From: an uncultured virus (IMG/VR IMGVR_UViG_3300009151_004315)
Taxonomy: Duplodnaviria; Heunggongvirae; Uroviricota; Caudoviricetes
DNA: 64,000 nucleotides
Virus record (IMG/VR): IMGVR_UViG_3300009151_004315
Span: 1-64,000 of that record
Strand: one strand, 5' to 3'
In this document: piece after piece, positions 49,715-58,461 of the stretch
Layout: the number at the start of each line of letters is the position of its first letter
Position numbering within the stretch: position 1 is the stretch's first letter
Translations under genes and position numbers: made by a program
The notes under the pieces: generated by a model
Told to the model about the DNA's origin: nothing
The model's input: the letters and a program-made list of their open reading frames with translations, nothing else
Database searches by the model: none

Positions 49715-50134
49715 TTAACTAACCTCAGTACGGCCTTCGCCTAAGTTTTTAGTGCGTACCATTCGTAAGTCACGGTTCGTTGGATCGGCCTGTTGTTGTT
49801 CATAGACCTCGAGTGCAATATTTCTACAAATTGTTTGAAACCAACGATCTACTAACACGTTATCTGTATCAGTATCTTTTTGTTTATAACCTGCACGAAT
49901 TAAATTTACAATAAACTTCTCATTCCAGTCAAGTTCAAATGCACCATTGTTAACATCATTGGGGTCAAGCTCCAAACTTAGAATGTTAATATACGGCTCA
50001 CCTGCTGCCGTTGCTTTTTCTTTAGCAGTAAGTTCAGGTACTACTGGTGCAATTTTCTTTTCCTTAACTTTTTTAGGTTCGGGTTCAGATTTAACTTCTG
50101 GCTTTTTAAATAAATTCTTTATTTTTTCAAACAT
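49715..50134 (-). CDS. Hypothetical phage protein
   Basis: GAFELDWN...VDRWFQTICRNI. Confidence 0.7.
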   Translation of the reverse strand: MFEKIKNLFKKPEVKSEPEPKKVKEKKIAPVVPELTAKEKATAAGEPYINILSLELDPNDVNNGAFELDWNEKFIVNLIRAGYKQKDTDTDNVLVDRWFQTICRNIALEVYEQQQADPTNRDLRMVRTKNLGEGRTEVS

Positions 50135-51144
50135 TTGTATCTCTCTAGTAATTTAAAGCTGGCTAAGTTTTTAGCTTTGCTTTCGCACATCATATCAAAA
50201 TTATCAATGAATGTCAATGCCCAATCGTTCACCGCTTCGTTCCAATAGTAATCACTATGTGCCCTAAGCTTCTGTTTACTGTATCCCGCTTCAATCAACG
50301 CACCATGAGAGGGTAATTGTGATCCGGAATGTCCGACAAGTACATCTTCACGGCTGACGGAGTAATGTAGAGTAGGCCTAACACCACGCCAGCTATCAAT
50401 AACCATTTTAACACGGTCGTCAGTAGGTTGAATATATTCACCTTCCCTAATCCAATTATGGTGAATGTCCATGACCGTAGGTACGAGGTCAGATAATGAT
50501 AAGCAGTCTGTAAGTCCATGTGTGTATTCCTCATTTTCTAGTGTTAGTGTGTTTCTTGCTTCGGGGCTGAGTCTTCCGTAGACTTCTCTGATTCCTTGGG
50601 GACCTCTTCGTCCTGAGATGTGGACGTTGGTTTTAAAGTCCTGAAACTGTTTGCCGAAACCCATCCATCGAACCATGTCTGCATGATACTCAAACTCCTC
50701 TATACTCTTATTTACTACCTCATCACGGTCACTTGCTAAAACTACAAACTGATCCGGATGAAATGATAACCGAACATCATTAGCTCTAGCTGTTTCACCG
50801 ATAGGTGCAAACCATCGTTGTAAACTATTTTGTACATCGGTTGATTGCCAAAATTCTTTGTAGCCATCCATAGTATAAAAACTAAGCATATCACTAGTAA
50901 GACGAACCATACGCAATTCGGGTTCTAATGTGGCAACACGCTTAACAAGTGCGTGAGTATTCATAATATTGCGTTTAGCAACATCCATAATCTTTTCTTC
51001 TACTACATTACGGTTATTACGCTTTGCCCACGCTTGTGTAGTACCACCTGTGTTAAGACCCTCGGCTGAAACAAGCTCACCTTTGTGATTGATTTCCGCC
51101 CATTTACAAGCAAAGCCGATGCGTTTGATAGATTGATTTGTCAA
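50119..51144 (-). CDS. uvsE: UV-damage endonuclease (UvdE/UvsE)
   Basis: RIGFAC, RLSFHPDQF, LENEE, DIHH, LHYS and RAHSDY. Confidence 0.9.
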   Translation of the reverse strand: MTNQSIKRIGFACKWAEINHKGELVSAEGLNTGGTTQAWAKRNNRNVVEEKIMDVAKRNIMNTHALVKRVATLEPELRMVRLTSDMLSFYTMDGYKEFWQSTDVQNSLQRWFAPIGETARANDVRLSFHPDQFVVLASDRDEVVNKSIEEFEYHADMVRWMGFGKQFQDFKTNVHISGRRGPQGIREVYGRLSPEARNTLTLENEEYTHGLTDCLSLSDLVPTVMDIHHNWIREGEYIQPTDDRVKMVIDSWRGVRPTLHYSVSREDVLVGHSGSQLPSHGALIEAGYSKQKLRAHSDYYWNEAVNDWALTFIDNFDMMCESKAKNLASFKLLERYKCLKK

Positions 51145-51224
51145 AGTAATAGTCCAAAGTGATAAATAATAAGATACAGTGTAACATATTTACGCAATAA
51201 AGTCAACTATTTACGGATACCACT

Positions 51225-52100
51225 ATGAGAATTAACGAATTTATAACAGAGTCTAGTAAGATTTGCCCACAATGTGGAATGAGAGGTTGCACGTGCAAAC
51301 CTGGAAAATGTAATTGCAAACCAAAGCCTGGTTATCCAAAACAGGTTGATGAAGCCGCTAATCCAGCACAACAAGCCGCTATAGCTATTGCTATGAAAAA
51401 AGCTGGTAAAAAGCCAAAAAATATGCATGAAGAAGATGAGGGTATGTTTGGTAGATCCAAAAACGATAAACGATATTTAGATAAATTTGATCCAACTGAA
51501 GTTATGAATATCAGTGATGATCCTAGTAAGGCACATAAAACAACGGGCAAGGGTTCATTAAGAACATCTAAGAAAGATTTAGAATTTGCATTTGGACCAC
51601 CCGGAGAAGATGATACATGGGTTTTAGAATTTAAGAATGGTTTAATTGCCACTATATACCCACAATCTAACAGTGGTGGCATGGATTGGATCATAGGTGG
51701 TAATCATACAAACACTGAAGATTTTGTACATATGGCTTATTCAGCCGCACTTGATGAAAAACTTGAAGAGGATTGGAACAAGGTCAACCAGAAAGACAAA
51801 ACATCTGGTATGAGCCGTAAGGCAGTAAAAGCATATCGTAGAGAAAATCCAGGTAGCAAATTACAAACAGCAGTTACTACTAAACCTAGTAAATTAAAGC
51901 CTGGATCAAAAGCTGCCAAACGCCGTAAGAGTTTTTGTGCTAGAATGAGTGGTAACAAAGGTCCTATGAAAAAGCCTAATGGTAAACCTACTCCCAAAGC
52001 ATTAGCACTACGTAGATGGAATTGTGAGAGTGTAGAGCAAATGGAAGAATTGGTAATGTTAGCAGAACAATTTATCCGCAATCACAAGACTAAACTTTAA
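51225..52100 (+). CDS. Putative head-packaged modular protein (DUF6321-like C-terminus)
   Basis: MRINEFITE N-terminus; RRENPGSKL...RRKSFCARM...ALRRWNC. Confidence 0.65.
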   Translation: MRINEFITESSKICPQCGMRGCTCKPGKCNCKPKPGYPKQVDEAANPAQQAAIAIAMKKAGKKPKNMHEEDEGMFGRSKNDKRYLDKFDPTEVMNISDDPSKAHKTTGKGSLRTSKKDLEFAFGPPGEDDTWVLEFKNGLIATIYPQSNSGGMDWIIGGNHTNTEDFVHMAYSAALDEKLEEDWNKVNQKDKTSGMSRKAVKAYRRENPGSKLQTAVTTKPSKLKPGSKAAKRRKSFCARMSGNKGPMKKPNGKPTPKALALRRWNCESVEQMEELVMLAEQFIRNHKTKL

Positions 52101-52917
52101 GTAGTTCTTCTAAAGTATATAAGTTCTTCATATAGGGTGATACATTTTCTAGTACACTACTAGCAATGTCGCCCTTCCTTCTTGGGCCGTATTTCACGTT
52201 GAAGCTAACATCATTGACTTTTTGAAACTCATCAACAATCTCACTAACAGTATATCCTACTCCGTGACCTAAACATTCTACACTATTGCTAGGTTTCTCA
52301 ATAGCTTGTTTTAATGAATCACATATCTCATTTACGTGTACATAGTCACGTACACAAGTACCATCAGGTGATACATCATAATCATTACCAAAAATTGTAA
52401 ACTCTTTTGATTGCATGGCCATTATTAAATTATACATTAATCCATCGGGGTTAGTGGGAGCAAAGCCTTCGCTTCCAATAACATTATAAAATCTAAAGAT
52501 TGTATATGGGGTTGCTCGATGGGTTGTACAATATTCTCTTACCACATCTTCTGCCGCACGTTTGCTGATACCATAAGCACTACAACAATCTTGTGCGGCA
52601 CCGGTGCTTGCAAAGATAAAGTTCTTTGTCTTAATCTTATTCAATACATTCATTGTACCATTCAAGTTAGTTATATAATATTGAATAGGTTTCTGCTCAC
52701 TTTCACCCACATTAACTAACGCGGCCAAATGAATAACACAATCAAACTCATCTTCTAAACTAAAAGGTCGATTGATATCACAATGATAGAATGTATGCGG
52801 CGACTCTTGTGGTTCTACTTTATCTAAACCATACACTTGATATTCACCCTTCAATATCTTAGTAAGATGTGAACCAATGTAACCGCTATTACCTGTTATT
52901 AAAACTTTTTTTACCAC
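52090..52917 (-). CDS. galE: NAD-dependent epimerase, UDP-glucose 4-epimerase-like
   Basis: ITGNSGYIGSH, HLAA...VGES, YGISK, FRFYNV and DGTCVRDYVHV. Confidence 0.85.
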   Translation of the reverse strand: MVKKVLITGNSGYIGSHLTKILKGEYQVYGLDKVEPQESPHTFYHCDINRPFSLEDEFDCVIHLAALVNVGESEQKPIQYYITNLNGTMNVLNKIKTKNFIFASTGAAQDCCSAYGISKRAAEDVVREYCTTHRATPYTIFRFYNVIGSEGFAPTNPDGLMYNLIMAMQSKEFTIFGNDYDVSPDGTCVRDYVHVNEICDSLKQAIEKPSNSVECLGHGVGYTVSEIVDEFQKVNDVSFNVKYGPRRKGDIASSVLENVSPYMKNLYTLEELLKV

Positions 52918-54242
52918 TGAAATAATTCCTCACTAGTTTCTAATGCTGGTTCAAAGATCGGATCTTTGGTTAAATATGTGTCATTGTCTGTATAGATAAC
53001 TCTAAATTTATGTTTGTTAGTCAACACACTGCGAACATCATCAATACAAATTACATTACGTCCTAAATTCTTAATGAAGTCAGTATGTGTAATAGTTGTT
53101 TCATTGCAAATTTTGGCTGTATTAGTGTTAGATTTTTTACTATCAAACTCATTAAAACAATTATTCCACTTATGAAACACAGTAGCTTCTTGTTCTTGTG
53201 CATGTTGTAATGATCCTAAGTTATACCATCTTTCTGCTTTTTCAAAAATATCATATAACTCTTTTGCTTTACTTGCCATGTCTTTCTTTGTGCATTTGTA
53301 AAAGAAATTATCATTGAAGTTTTTAGTCCAGCGTTGATTTTCTAATACCAGTGTGGGCAATTGAATATGTTGTTCATAGAAAGCCATACCATAACTCTCA
53401 ACAACACTAGGATTAAACGCAATACGACTAGACTTAATAAAATCTACTTTCTCTTGTCCAACAATACTAGCACGAACATCATACATGACTCCTAGTTTAG
53501 ACAATCTATCTTCAAACTTCTTTACACCATTAGGACTAGTCATAACCTTAACCGGTAGTTTAGTCTGCTCAATCAATTCAATAAACAACTCAGGATTCTT
53601 ACCTTCTTCCCATCGACCAACAAACAGTATCCCCTCACGTTCACCTGTGTACACAGTTAATAAGTCTGGTTCAGTAATAGGTATAGGAAGATGATAGGAT
53701 GATTCATTTAAATGTAGTTGATTGAATTTACTTTGAGTTCCTATATCAATGTTTGTTGTGCTTAATTGTTGGCGCATCATCACATTGGTGTTGTGTAAGA
53801 ATGGATTCTTAGTGTCTTTGAATATCTGGCTTTCTAAGTGAGTGTAGGCAATGATTTGAATACAATCCTCAAGACCCATAGTACTAGCTACTTGCACAGT
53901 TTCATATGTATTACATACAAACGCATCGTATAAGTTATTCTCTAACGCTTTGATAATACTATTACGGAAATTAGCCATGCGTTCATAACAGAATGTATCA
54001 CCATACATAAAGATGTTGCTATGCTCAGTATAACGTAATGAATCAGCAGGCGATATGATATTAGCCGGAATAGATTTGATAAACTCATTATCTTGCGGTT
54101 CTTTGTCAGTAATGATATCAACTTTAACATTATGACTATCCATTAACTCACAAAAACTTTTTGTAAATTGTCCTATGCCACCATGTGGTATTAATGTTTG
54201 ATAGCTTACTAAAAAGCCAATTCGTTTATCGTATGTTCTCAT
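52911..54242 (-). CDS. GT-B glycosyltransferase (GT4-like)
   Basis: PHGGIG, LFVGRWEEGKNP and PSVVESYGMAFYE (ExxxxxxxE). Confidence 0.8.
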   Translation of the reverse strand: MRTYDKRIGFLVSYQTLIPHGGIGQFTKSFCELMDSHNVKVDIITDKEPQDNEFIKSIPANIISPADSLRYTEHSNIFMYGDTFCYERMANFRNSIIKALENNLYDAFVCNTYETVQVASTMGLEDCIQIIAYTHLESQIFKDTKNPFLHNTNVMMRQQLSTTNIDIGTQSKFNQLHLNESSYHLPIPITEPDLLTVYTGEREGILFVGRWEEGKNPELFIELIEQTKLPVKVMTSPNGVKKFEDRLSKLGVMYDVRASIVGQEKVDFIKSSRIAFNPSVVESYGMAFYEQHIQLPTLVLENQRWTKNFNDNFFYKCTKKDMASKAKELYDIFEKAERWYNLGSLQHAQEQEATVFHKWNNCFNEFDSKKSNTNTAKICNETTITHTDFIKNLGRNVICIDDVRSVLTNKHKFRVIYTDNDTYLTKDPIFEPALETSEELFQW

Positions 54243-54412
54243 TTATCTTCTATAGTAGGTACATCTTGCCATTCAGTATATTCACGCTTTTTAGTAAAAC
54301 TACCTTGAATAGTAGTTGTACTATAATCAGTTACTTCAATTTGTGTTCTATATTGTAACACTTTTTCAGGTCCGTCCCAACCGCTTCGGACAAGATATCT
54401 TAATTCATACAT
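54239..54412 (-). CDS. Small hypothetical protein (57 aa)
   Basis: Read manually: MYELRYLVR...KVLQYR...EWQDVP. Confidence 0.55.
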   Translation of the reverse strand: MYELRYLVRSGWDGPEKVLQYRTQIEVTDYSTTTIQGSFTKKREYTEWQDVPTIEDK

Positions 54413-54416
54413 ATAT

Positions 54417-54653
54417 TTACCTTTTTAACAACCACATAATATGGGCATTTTTATCGTGCCAACTGTGTTCTAAACTAATTTCACTTGGTCCAGCATAGAT
54501 ACTGGTTAGTCTATAAGCCCACTTTAACCAAATACATTTACCTGACAAATCACAAGTTTCAGGCAACCATGCAAACTTTAAATCTGCACCCAAGTATTTG
54601 TTACGATAGGAGTCATTGATACCCATACTATCTAGTGGCATAACTATCTCCAT
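54417..54653 (-). CDS. Hypothetical protein
   Basis: KFAWLP..C..SGK.IWLK.AY. Confidence 0.55.
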   Translation of the reverse strand: MEIVMPLDSMGINDSYRNKYLGADLKFAWLPETCDLSGKCIWLKWAYRLTSIYAGPSEISLEHSWHDKNAHIMWLLKR

Positions 54654-54895
54654 CGTAACATAAAATGAATATAATCTTTCTCATCTGTGAATTTGAACGT
54701 AGTTTCAAATCCATCATCTTGTGTATCTTTATATTCATACGTCCACCTAGATTTTGTTCTACCAGGACCAAAAGTATCAACACACCAATCTAATGGATTA
54801 TTTTTATCTCTTATAGAACCGTCTGGTCCCATATAGTGTTTCCAATAATCCCAAGATAATAAAGCAATGTGTTGATATTTTTTCATGTGCCCCAC
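54644..54895 (-). CDS. Small hypothetical protein (FxFxxExDyxxFxLxW family)
   Basis: Paralogous motif with 14287..14487. Confidence 0.55.
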   Translation of the reverse strand: MGHMKKYQHIALLSWDYWKHYMGPDGSIRDKNNPLDWCVDTFGPGRTKSRWTYEYKDTQDDGFETTFKFTDEKDYIHFMLRWR

Positions 54896-55731
54896 TCGTT
54901 TTTGAAAAGAGGTACTTGAAGTCTATCACTGTACCGATAACCACGATTCATTGCTTCAATAGCAACATTCTTAGCATTTAAGTTATACAATGATTCTACA
55001 CCACCGCAAGGCATGAAGTATACAGGGCCTCTGAATCCACCATTACGAAATTCTAGTACAGCTTTGTCTGCTTCAATTGCATCTTCACTAGTAGCAATAA
55101 CAAACTTAAGATACACAAAGCCAATACTTTCATATTGACGAATGATGTTAGGACAAATTGCTTCACTCCACTTCTCGCCACTGATACTTAGTTTAGGACT
55201 AACACTAAATGTTAATGCATTCTTTTCTCTGTTAATCTTCCATTGTTGTAGATAGATTGATAGGTCTTGACTTAGTTCTTGTGTACCATTAGTTTCAAAA
55301 GTAATCTCTTTGAGACCTCTCATTTTTTCGTTTGAAAGTAATTCTGGATATGCTCTTTGCCATCCAAGAAGAGGTTCACCACCAGTGATAACAAGGTGCT
55401 CATCCATCCAGCGACCGTGAGGAAGGATAGTAAGAATAGAGTCAACAATAGAAACGGTACTGAGCATAGGACTAAGATGCTTAAATCTAGAGTCCCACGA
55501 GGCGTAGGAATCGCAACCTGTACTGACAAGCGGTAAGGATTTATAATCTGTATAATCTTGTGCTTTAATCGCAATAACATCTCTTTCACTACTCAATTCT
55601 CCTTTATTCATGCCGAAGCCACCACACGTAAAATTGCATCCATATGTTCTAAGGAAAATACTTGGTACTCCGATATATCGGCCTTCTCCTTGTATACTAT
55701 AAAAAAGTTCACTTACTTTTATGCTTGTCAT
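54883..55731 (-). CDS. queE: 7-carboxy-7-deazaguanine synthase (radical SAM)
   Basis: ELFYSIQGEG, FLRTYGCNFTC...CD, ITGGEP, ETNGT and VSPK. Confidence 0.92.
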   Translation of the reverse strand: MTSIKVSELFYSIQGEGRYIGVPSIFLRTYGCNFTCGGFGMNKGELSSERDVIAIKAQDYTDYKSLPLVSTGCDSYASWDSRFKHLSPMLSTVSIVDSILTILPHGRWMDEHLVITGGEPLLGWQRAYPELLSNEKMRGLKEITFETNGTQELSQDLSIYLQQWKINREKNALTFSVSPKLSISGEKWSEAICPNIIRQYESIGFVYLKFVIATSEDAIEADKAVLEFRNGGFRGPVYFMPCGGVESLYNLNAKNVAIEAMNRGYRYSDRLQVPLFKNEWGT

Positions 55732-56272
55732 TAATATGTTCTTTCAAATCATTCATTGATATATAGAGTTTTTCACAAATGAAGCCCTCTTTCTTTCGTT
55801 TACTATCGGATAAGCACCATCCCCTAATAGTTGTCTCATGTACATCGTAATATTTAGCCGCATGCCCCATTGAAGGGAATATACCATCAGGCGTAGTCAC
55901 CATCATTTTCCAATTAGGTCTATCATTGTGAATTATACGTTCAATTGAATCTAAAACTGCAGGTACCTTATAGTCTCTTTTTAAGTATTCTACTGCATTT
56001 AACAGATTTTGTAAATCATCTTGGAACTTCCCGAGAGCCATATTACAGTTGGTGCAAAGTAAACCTCTTACTTTTTTTGTAACATGACAATGATCCACTG
56101 CTAAATCCCTATTACATATATCAAGTTTATTACAAATCGCACAGCCATGATTTTGTTCTACCAACATTGCTTCGTACTGGTCGGCATTAATTCCAAAATC
56201 TTTCATCAAATCTGACCTTTTTCGGCGTTTGTTAGTTCGTTCTTTACTATTGAGTGTTTTTTGCTTAATCAT
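55709..56272 (-). mobile_element. Endonuclease VII-family (His-Me finger) putative homing endonuclease
   Basis: QNHGCAIC...LAVDHCH...VRGLLCTNCNMALG; probable DNA-binding C-terminus; own TATAAATA and AGGAG. Confidence 0.85.
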
Positions 56273-56319
56273 TATTATCTCCTTATATGTATTTATACAA
56301 GGTGACGGTAGAGTAAGAT

Positions 56320-56373
56320 TTAACCCTCTCCTTGGATGCTATAAAATAATTCTGATACTTTTAAATGATTCAT
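56320..56373 (-). pseudogene. Orphan queE 5' fragment MNHLKVSELFYSIQGEG*
   Basis: 13 consecutive residues identical to the start of 54883..55731; ATGA-coupled to the upstream gene. Confidence 0.9.
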
Positions 56374-56588
56374 TTGATTTTTAAATTGTAATTTTTTAAA
56401 ATAACTTCAGCGTATGTACCGCCACCTTGTTTATAAACACCATTAACTTGCTTTGCACAATCCCTGATTAATAGTTCAGCAAACTTTTCAATACTTTCTT
56501 CATCATCAGTTTGACCTGCGACAGATGCTCGTTTGAGCGCCCAGTCAAAACCTGCTTCTTTTGCCAGGTCTTCTATTTTTTTATTCAT
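56370..56588 (-). CDS. Small protein, EKFAEL-x-x-x-x-C family
   Basis: KIEDLAKEAG...EKFAELLIRDC. Confidence 0.6.
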   Translation of the reverse strand: MNKKIEDLAKEAGFDWALKRASVAGQTDDEESIEKFAELLIRDCAKQVNGVYKQGGGTYAEVILKNYNLKIK

Positions 56589-56591
56589 ATA

Positions 56592-56783
56592 TTACCAATG
56601 ATGTAAAGTGTTTGCTATGATGAAACAACATGTTATCACATGTAGCACCACCCAGAAAGTTTTTAGGAACAATGCGATTTTTGCTTCACCTAATGTAAGA
56701 ATAGGTACATCAGGCCTGTCATCATCGGTATTACCCATTAGATGACCGGTTGCTCTTGCCCATATTTTTTCTAAGCTATTCAT
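56592..56783 (-). CDS. Small membrane protein
   Basis: IWARATG...TM helix...HHW. Confidence 0.6.
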   Translation of the reverse strand: MNSLEKIWARATGHLMGNTDDDRPDVPILTLGEAKIALFLKTFWVVLHVITCCFIIANTLHHW

Positions 56784-57199
56784 TAAGCTACCTCGTCTTT
56801 ATTGTTGTTAGGATATTTTGCACTAGTATATCTAATAACTAATACGCTTATTGCGATAACAAATGTAGAGCCGGCTACAGCTAACATTTCAATAACATTG
56901 ATTGGCTGATGACTCATTATATCTACCATATGCCGTGTCAGTGCTGTTATTGCAATGTATAGCAGGAACCTGACAGGCATATGATTGGTCTTGAAATAAA
57001 TGCCCACCATTGCACCTATTTCCAAATAGATAAACATTAATAACAAGTCACCGACTGTTGCGTGATGTTTTTGAAACATTTCAGCGAAGGTCCAACCGGC
57101 AGCCCATACTGTTGCGGCACCGATACCAAACAATGCAAGCCTATGAAATATGTCTACTAAGGTATGTCCTACCTTATCTACCATTTCTGTTTTCAACAT
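56783..57199 (-). CDS. Phosphate-starvation-inducible PsiE-family membrane protein
   Basis: DLLLMFIYLEIGAMVGIYFKTNHMPVRFLLYIAITALTR. Confidence 0.85.
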   Translation of the reverse strand: MLKTEMVDKVGHTLVDIFHRLALFGIGAATVWAAGWTFAEMFQKHHATVGDLLLMFIYLEIGAMVGIYFKTNHMPVRFLLYIAITALTRHMVDIMSHQPINVIEMLAVAGSTFVIAISVLVIRYTSAKYPNNNKDEVA

Positions 57200-57681
57200 T
57201 ATTCAAACTCTCTATCTTCACGATGACCGCCACGTCCTGCCATGTTGCTATCAGTCTCACGTACCTCTACTCTACAGCACCATACACGTTTAGCTTCTTC
57301 GCTACCACAGTTGGGTAAGAAGATTGTGTTGATGTATTCATATAAAAAGTCAGCAATACCTTCACAACCAGTGCGTTCTACTTCTGTGATCTTTGCTAGT
57401 TTCAATCTACCTAGTTCTAATAGATGTTCACGCATTGGGTCATCTTGTGCGACTAATAATGTATGGTCAAACCATTCTTCTAGTTTATCTTTGAGTGGGC
57501 GTAGTCCACCAAAATCAGTTACCCAGTTACGGGCATCCAATGTATCAGCTTCAAACTCAAAGTGAAAACTCATAGCATAGCCATGAATTAAATTACAATG
57601 ACTGTCAGCACGCCATTGACGATATGCGACAGGACCTATTTGTCTGTATGTCTTTGTTGAAAAGAATTTTTTGTTTGCCAT
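57199..57681 (-). CDS. queD: 6-carboxytetrahydropterin synthase (QueD/PTPS)
   Basis: SHCNLIHGY, WVTDFG, FDHT and VRETDSN. Confidence 0.88.
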   Translation of the reverse strand: MANKKFFSTKTYRQIGPVAYRQWRADSHCNLIHGYAMSFHFEFEADTLDARNWVTDFGGLRPLKDKLEEWFDHTLLVAQDDPMREHLLELGRLKLAKITEVERTGCEGIADFLYEYINTIFLPNCGSEEAKRVWCCRVEVRETDSNMAGRGGHREDREFE

Positions 57682-57750
57682 GTTTTCTCCTATGTTGTAT
57701 TATAGCATAGGCGGCAGAGTTTGTAAAGCGGGAGTGACGCCAAGACCGCT
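57682..57750 (-). promoter_or_regulatory. Structured GC-rich queD leader (preQ1-I-like pseudoknot candidate) overlapping a TTTACA-17-TATAAT promoter
   Basis: Stem AGCGG/CCGCT, A-rich tail, and SD-occluding hairpin CCTATG/CATAGG. Confidence 0.45.
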
Positions 57751-58461
57751 ACTTTTATTTAACAAAAAACCCATAACCTCTTCTTTATTAAGAATTAAAT
57801 TAAATGGATCAGTTTTAATAGATTTTTCTCCTAAATATTTGAATTTTGTATTGTAGATTTTTTCCATGTCTGAATAGATAGATTCATATTTTACTTTTTT
57901 ATATTCAATATTGTGTAATATTATAGACAAATTCTTTTCCCATAATAGGTGACTATTATAAATTTCAGTTAATCCATTATTCAGACGATTAATATCAATT
58001 GTTGCAGGTTCATTGATTTCACTATTGATTCCAAATACGTTTTTTAGGTTGTTAGCATATGAGCGGGCAATCATAAAACTTAACAATTGTTCTTTAATAT
58101 CTCTTGTCAATGTGATAAATTCAAAACCTATATTTTTTAACTCTATTATTATTTTAGATAATGTTTCCTTATCATAATGATCCATCAAAAAAATTCTTAC
58201 AGTTAATGATTGGTTTATATTTGTATTTTTTAATAAATTAAGTCGTTCTTCAAATCCTTCAAATATTTTAAAGTTTGAAGGAATGCTAGCAAAATTCTTT
58301 AATCTTATATTATTGTCATCATCAGTCACATATTCACTGCGATTCCAATTTTCAAAATACTCGCCCAATTGAAAGCTTGATTTTATTTCTCCGGATAATT
58401 TTTCACACAATTGACTACCTGTTCTGGGTAAACAAATAATACATGTTCTGTTGCCGTTCAT
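57700..58461 (-). CDS. Sulfotransferase-like P-loop protein
   Basis: LPRTGS PAPS-binding-type loop, GEYF, LTRD...QLLS and VKYE. Confidence 0.6.
   Translation of the reverse strand: MNGNRTCIICLPRTGSQLCEKLSGEIKSSFQLGEYFENWNRSEYVTDDDNNIRLKNFASIPSNFKIFEGFEERLNLLKNTNINQSLTVRIFLMDHYDKETLSKIIIELKNIGFEFITLTRDIKEQLLSFMIARSYANNLKNVFGINSEINEPATIDINRLNNGLTEIYNSHLLWEKNLSIILHNIEYKKVKYESIYSDMEKIYNTKFKYLGEKSIKTDPFNLILNKEEVMGFLLNKSSGLGVTPALQTLPPML

Noticed and set aside
55732..56322. Group I intron or ribosomal hop in queE
   Set aside because: Only about 50 nt of non-coding sequence flank the endonuclease, too little for a ribozyme core; the downstream copy has its own ATG and a full N-terminus; a hop of over 600 nt is implausible.
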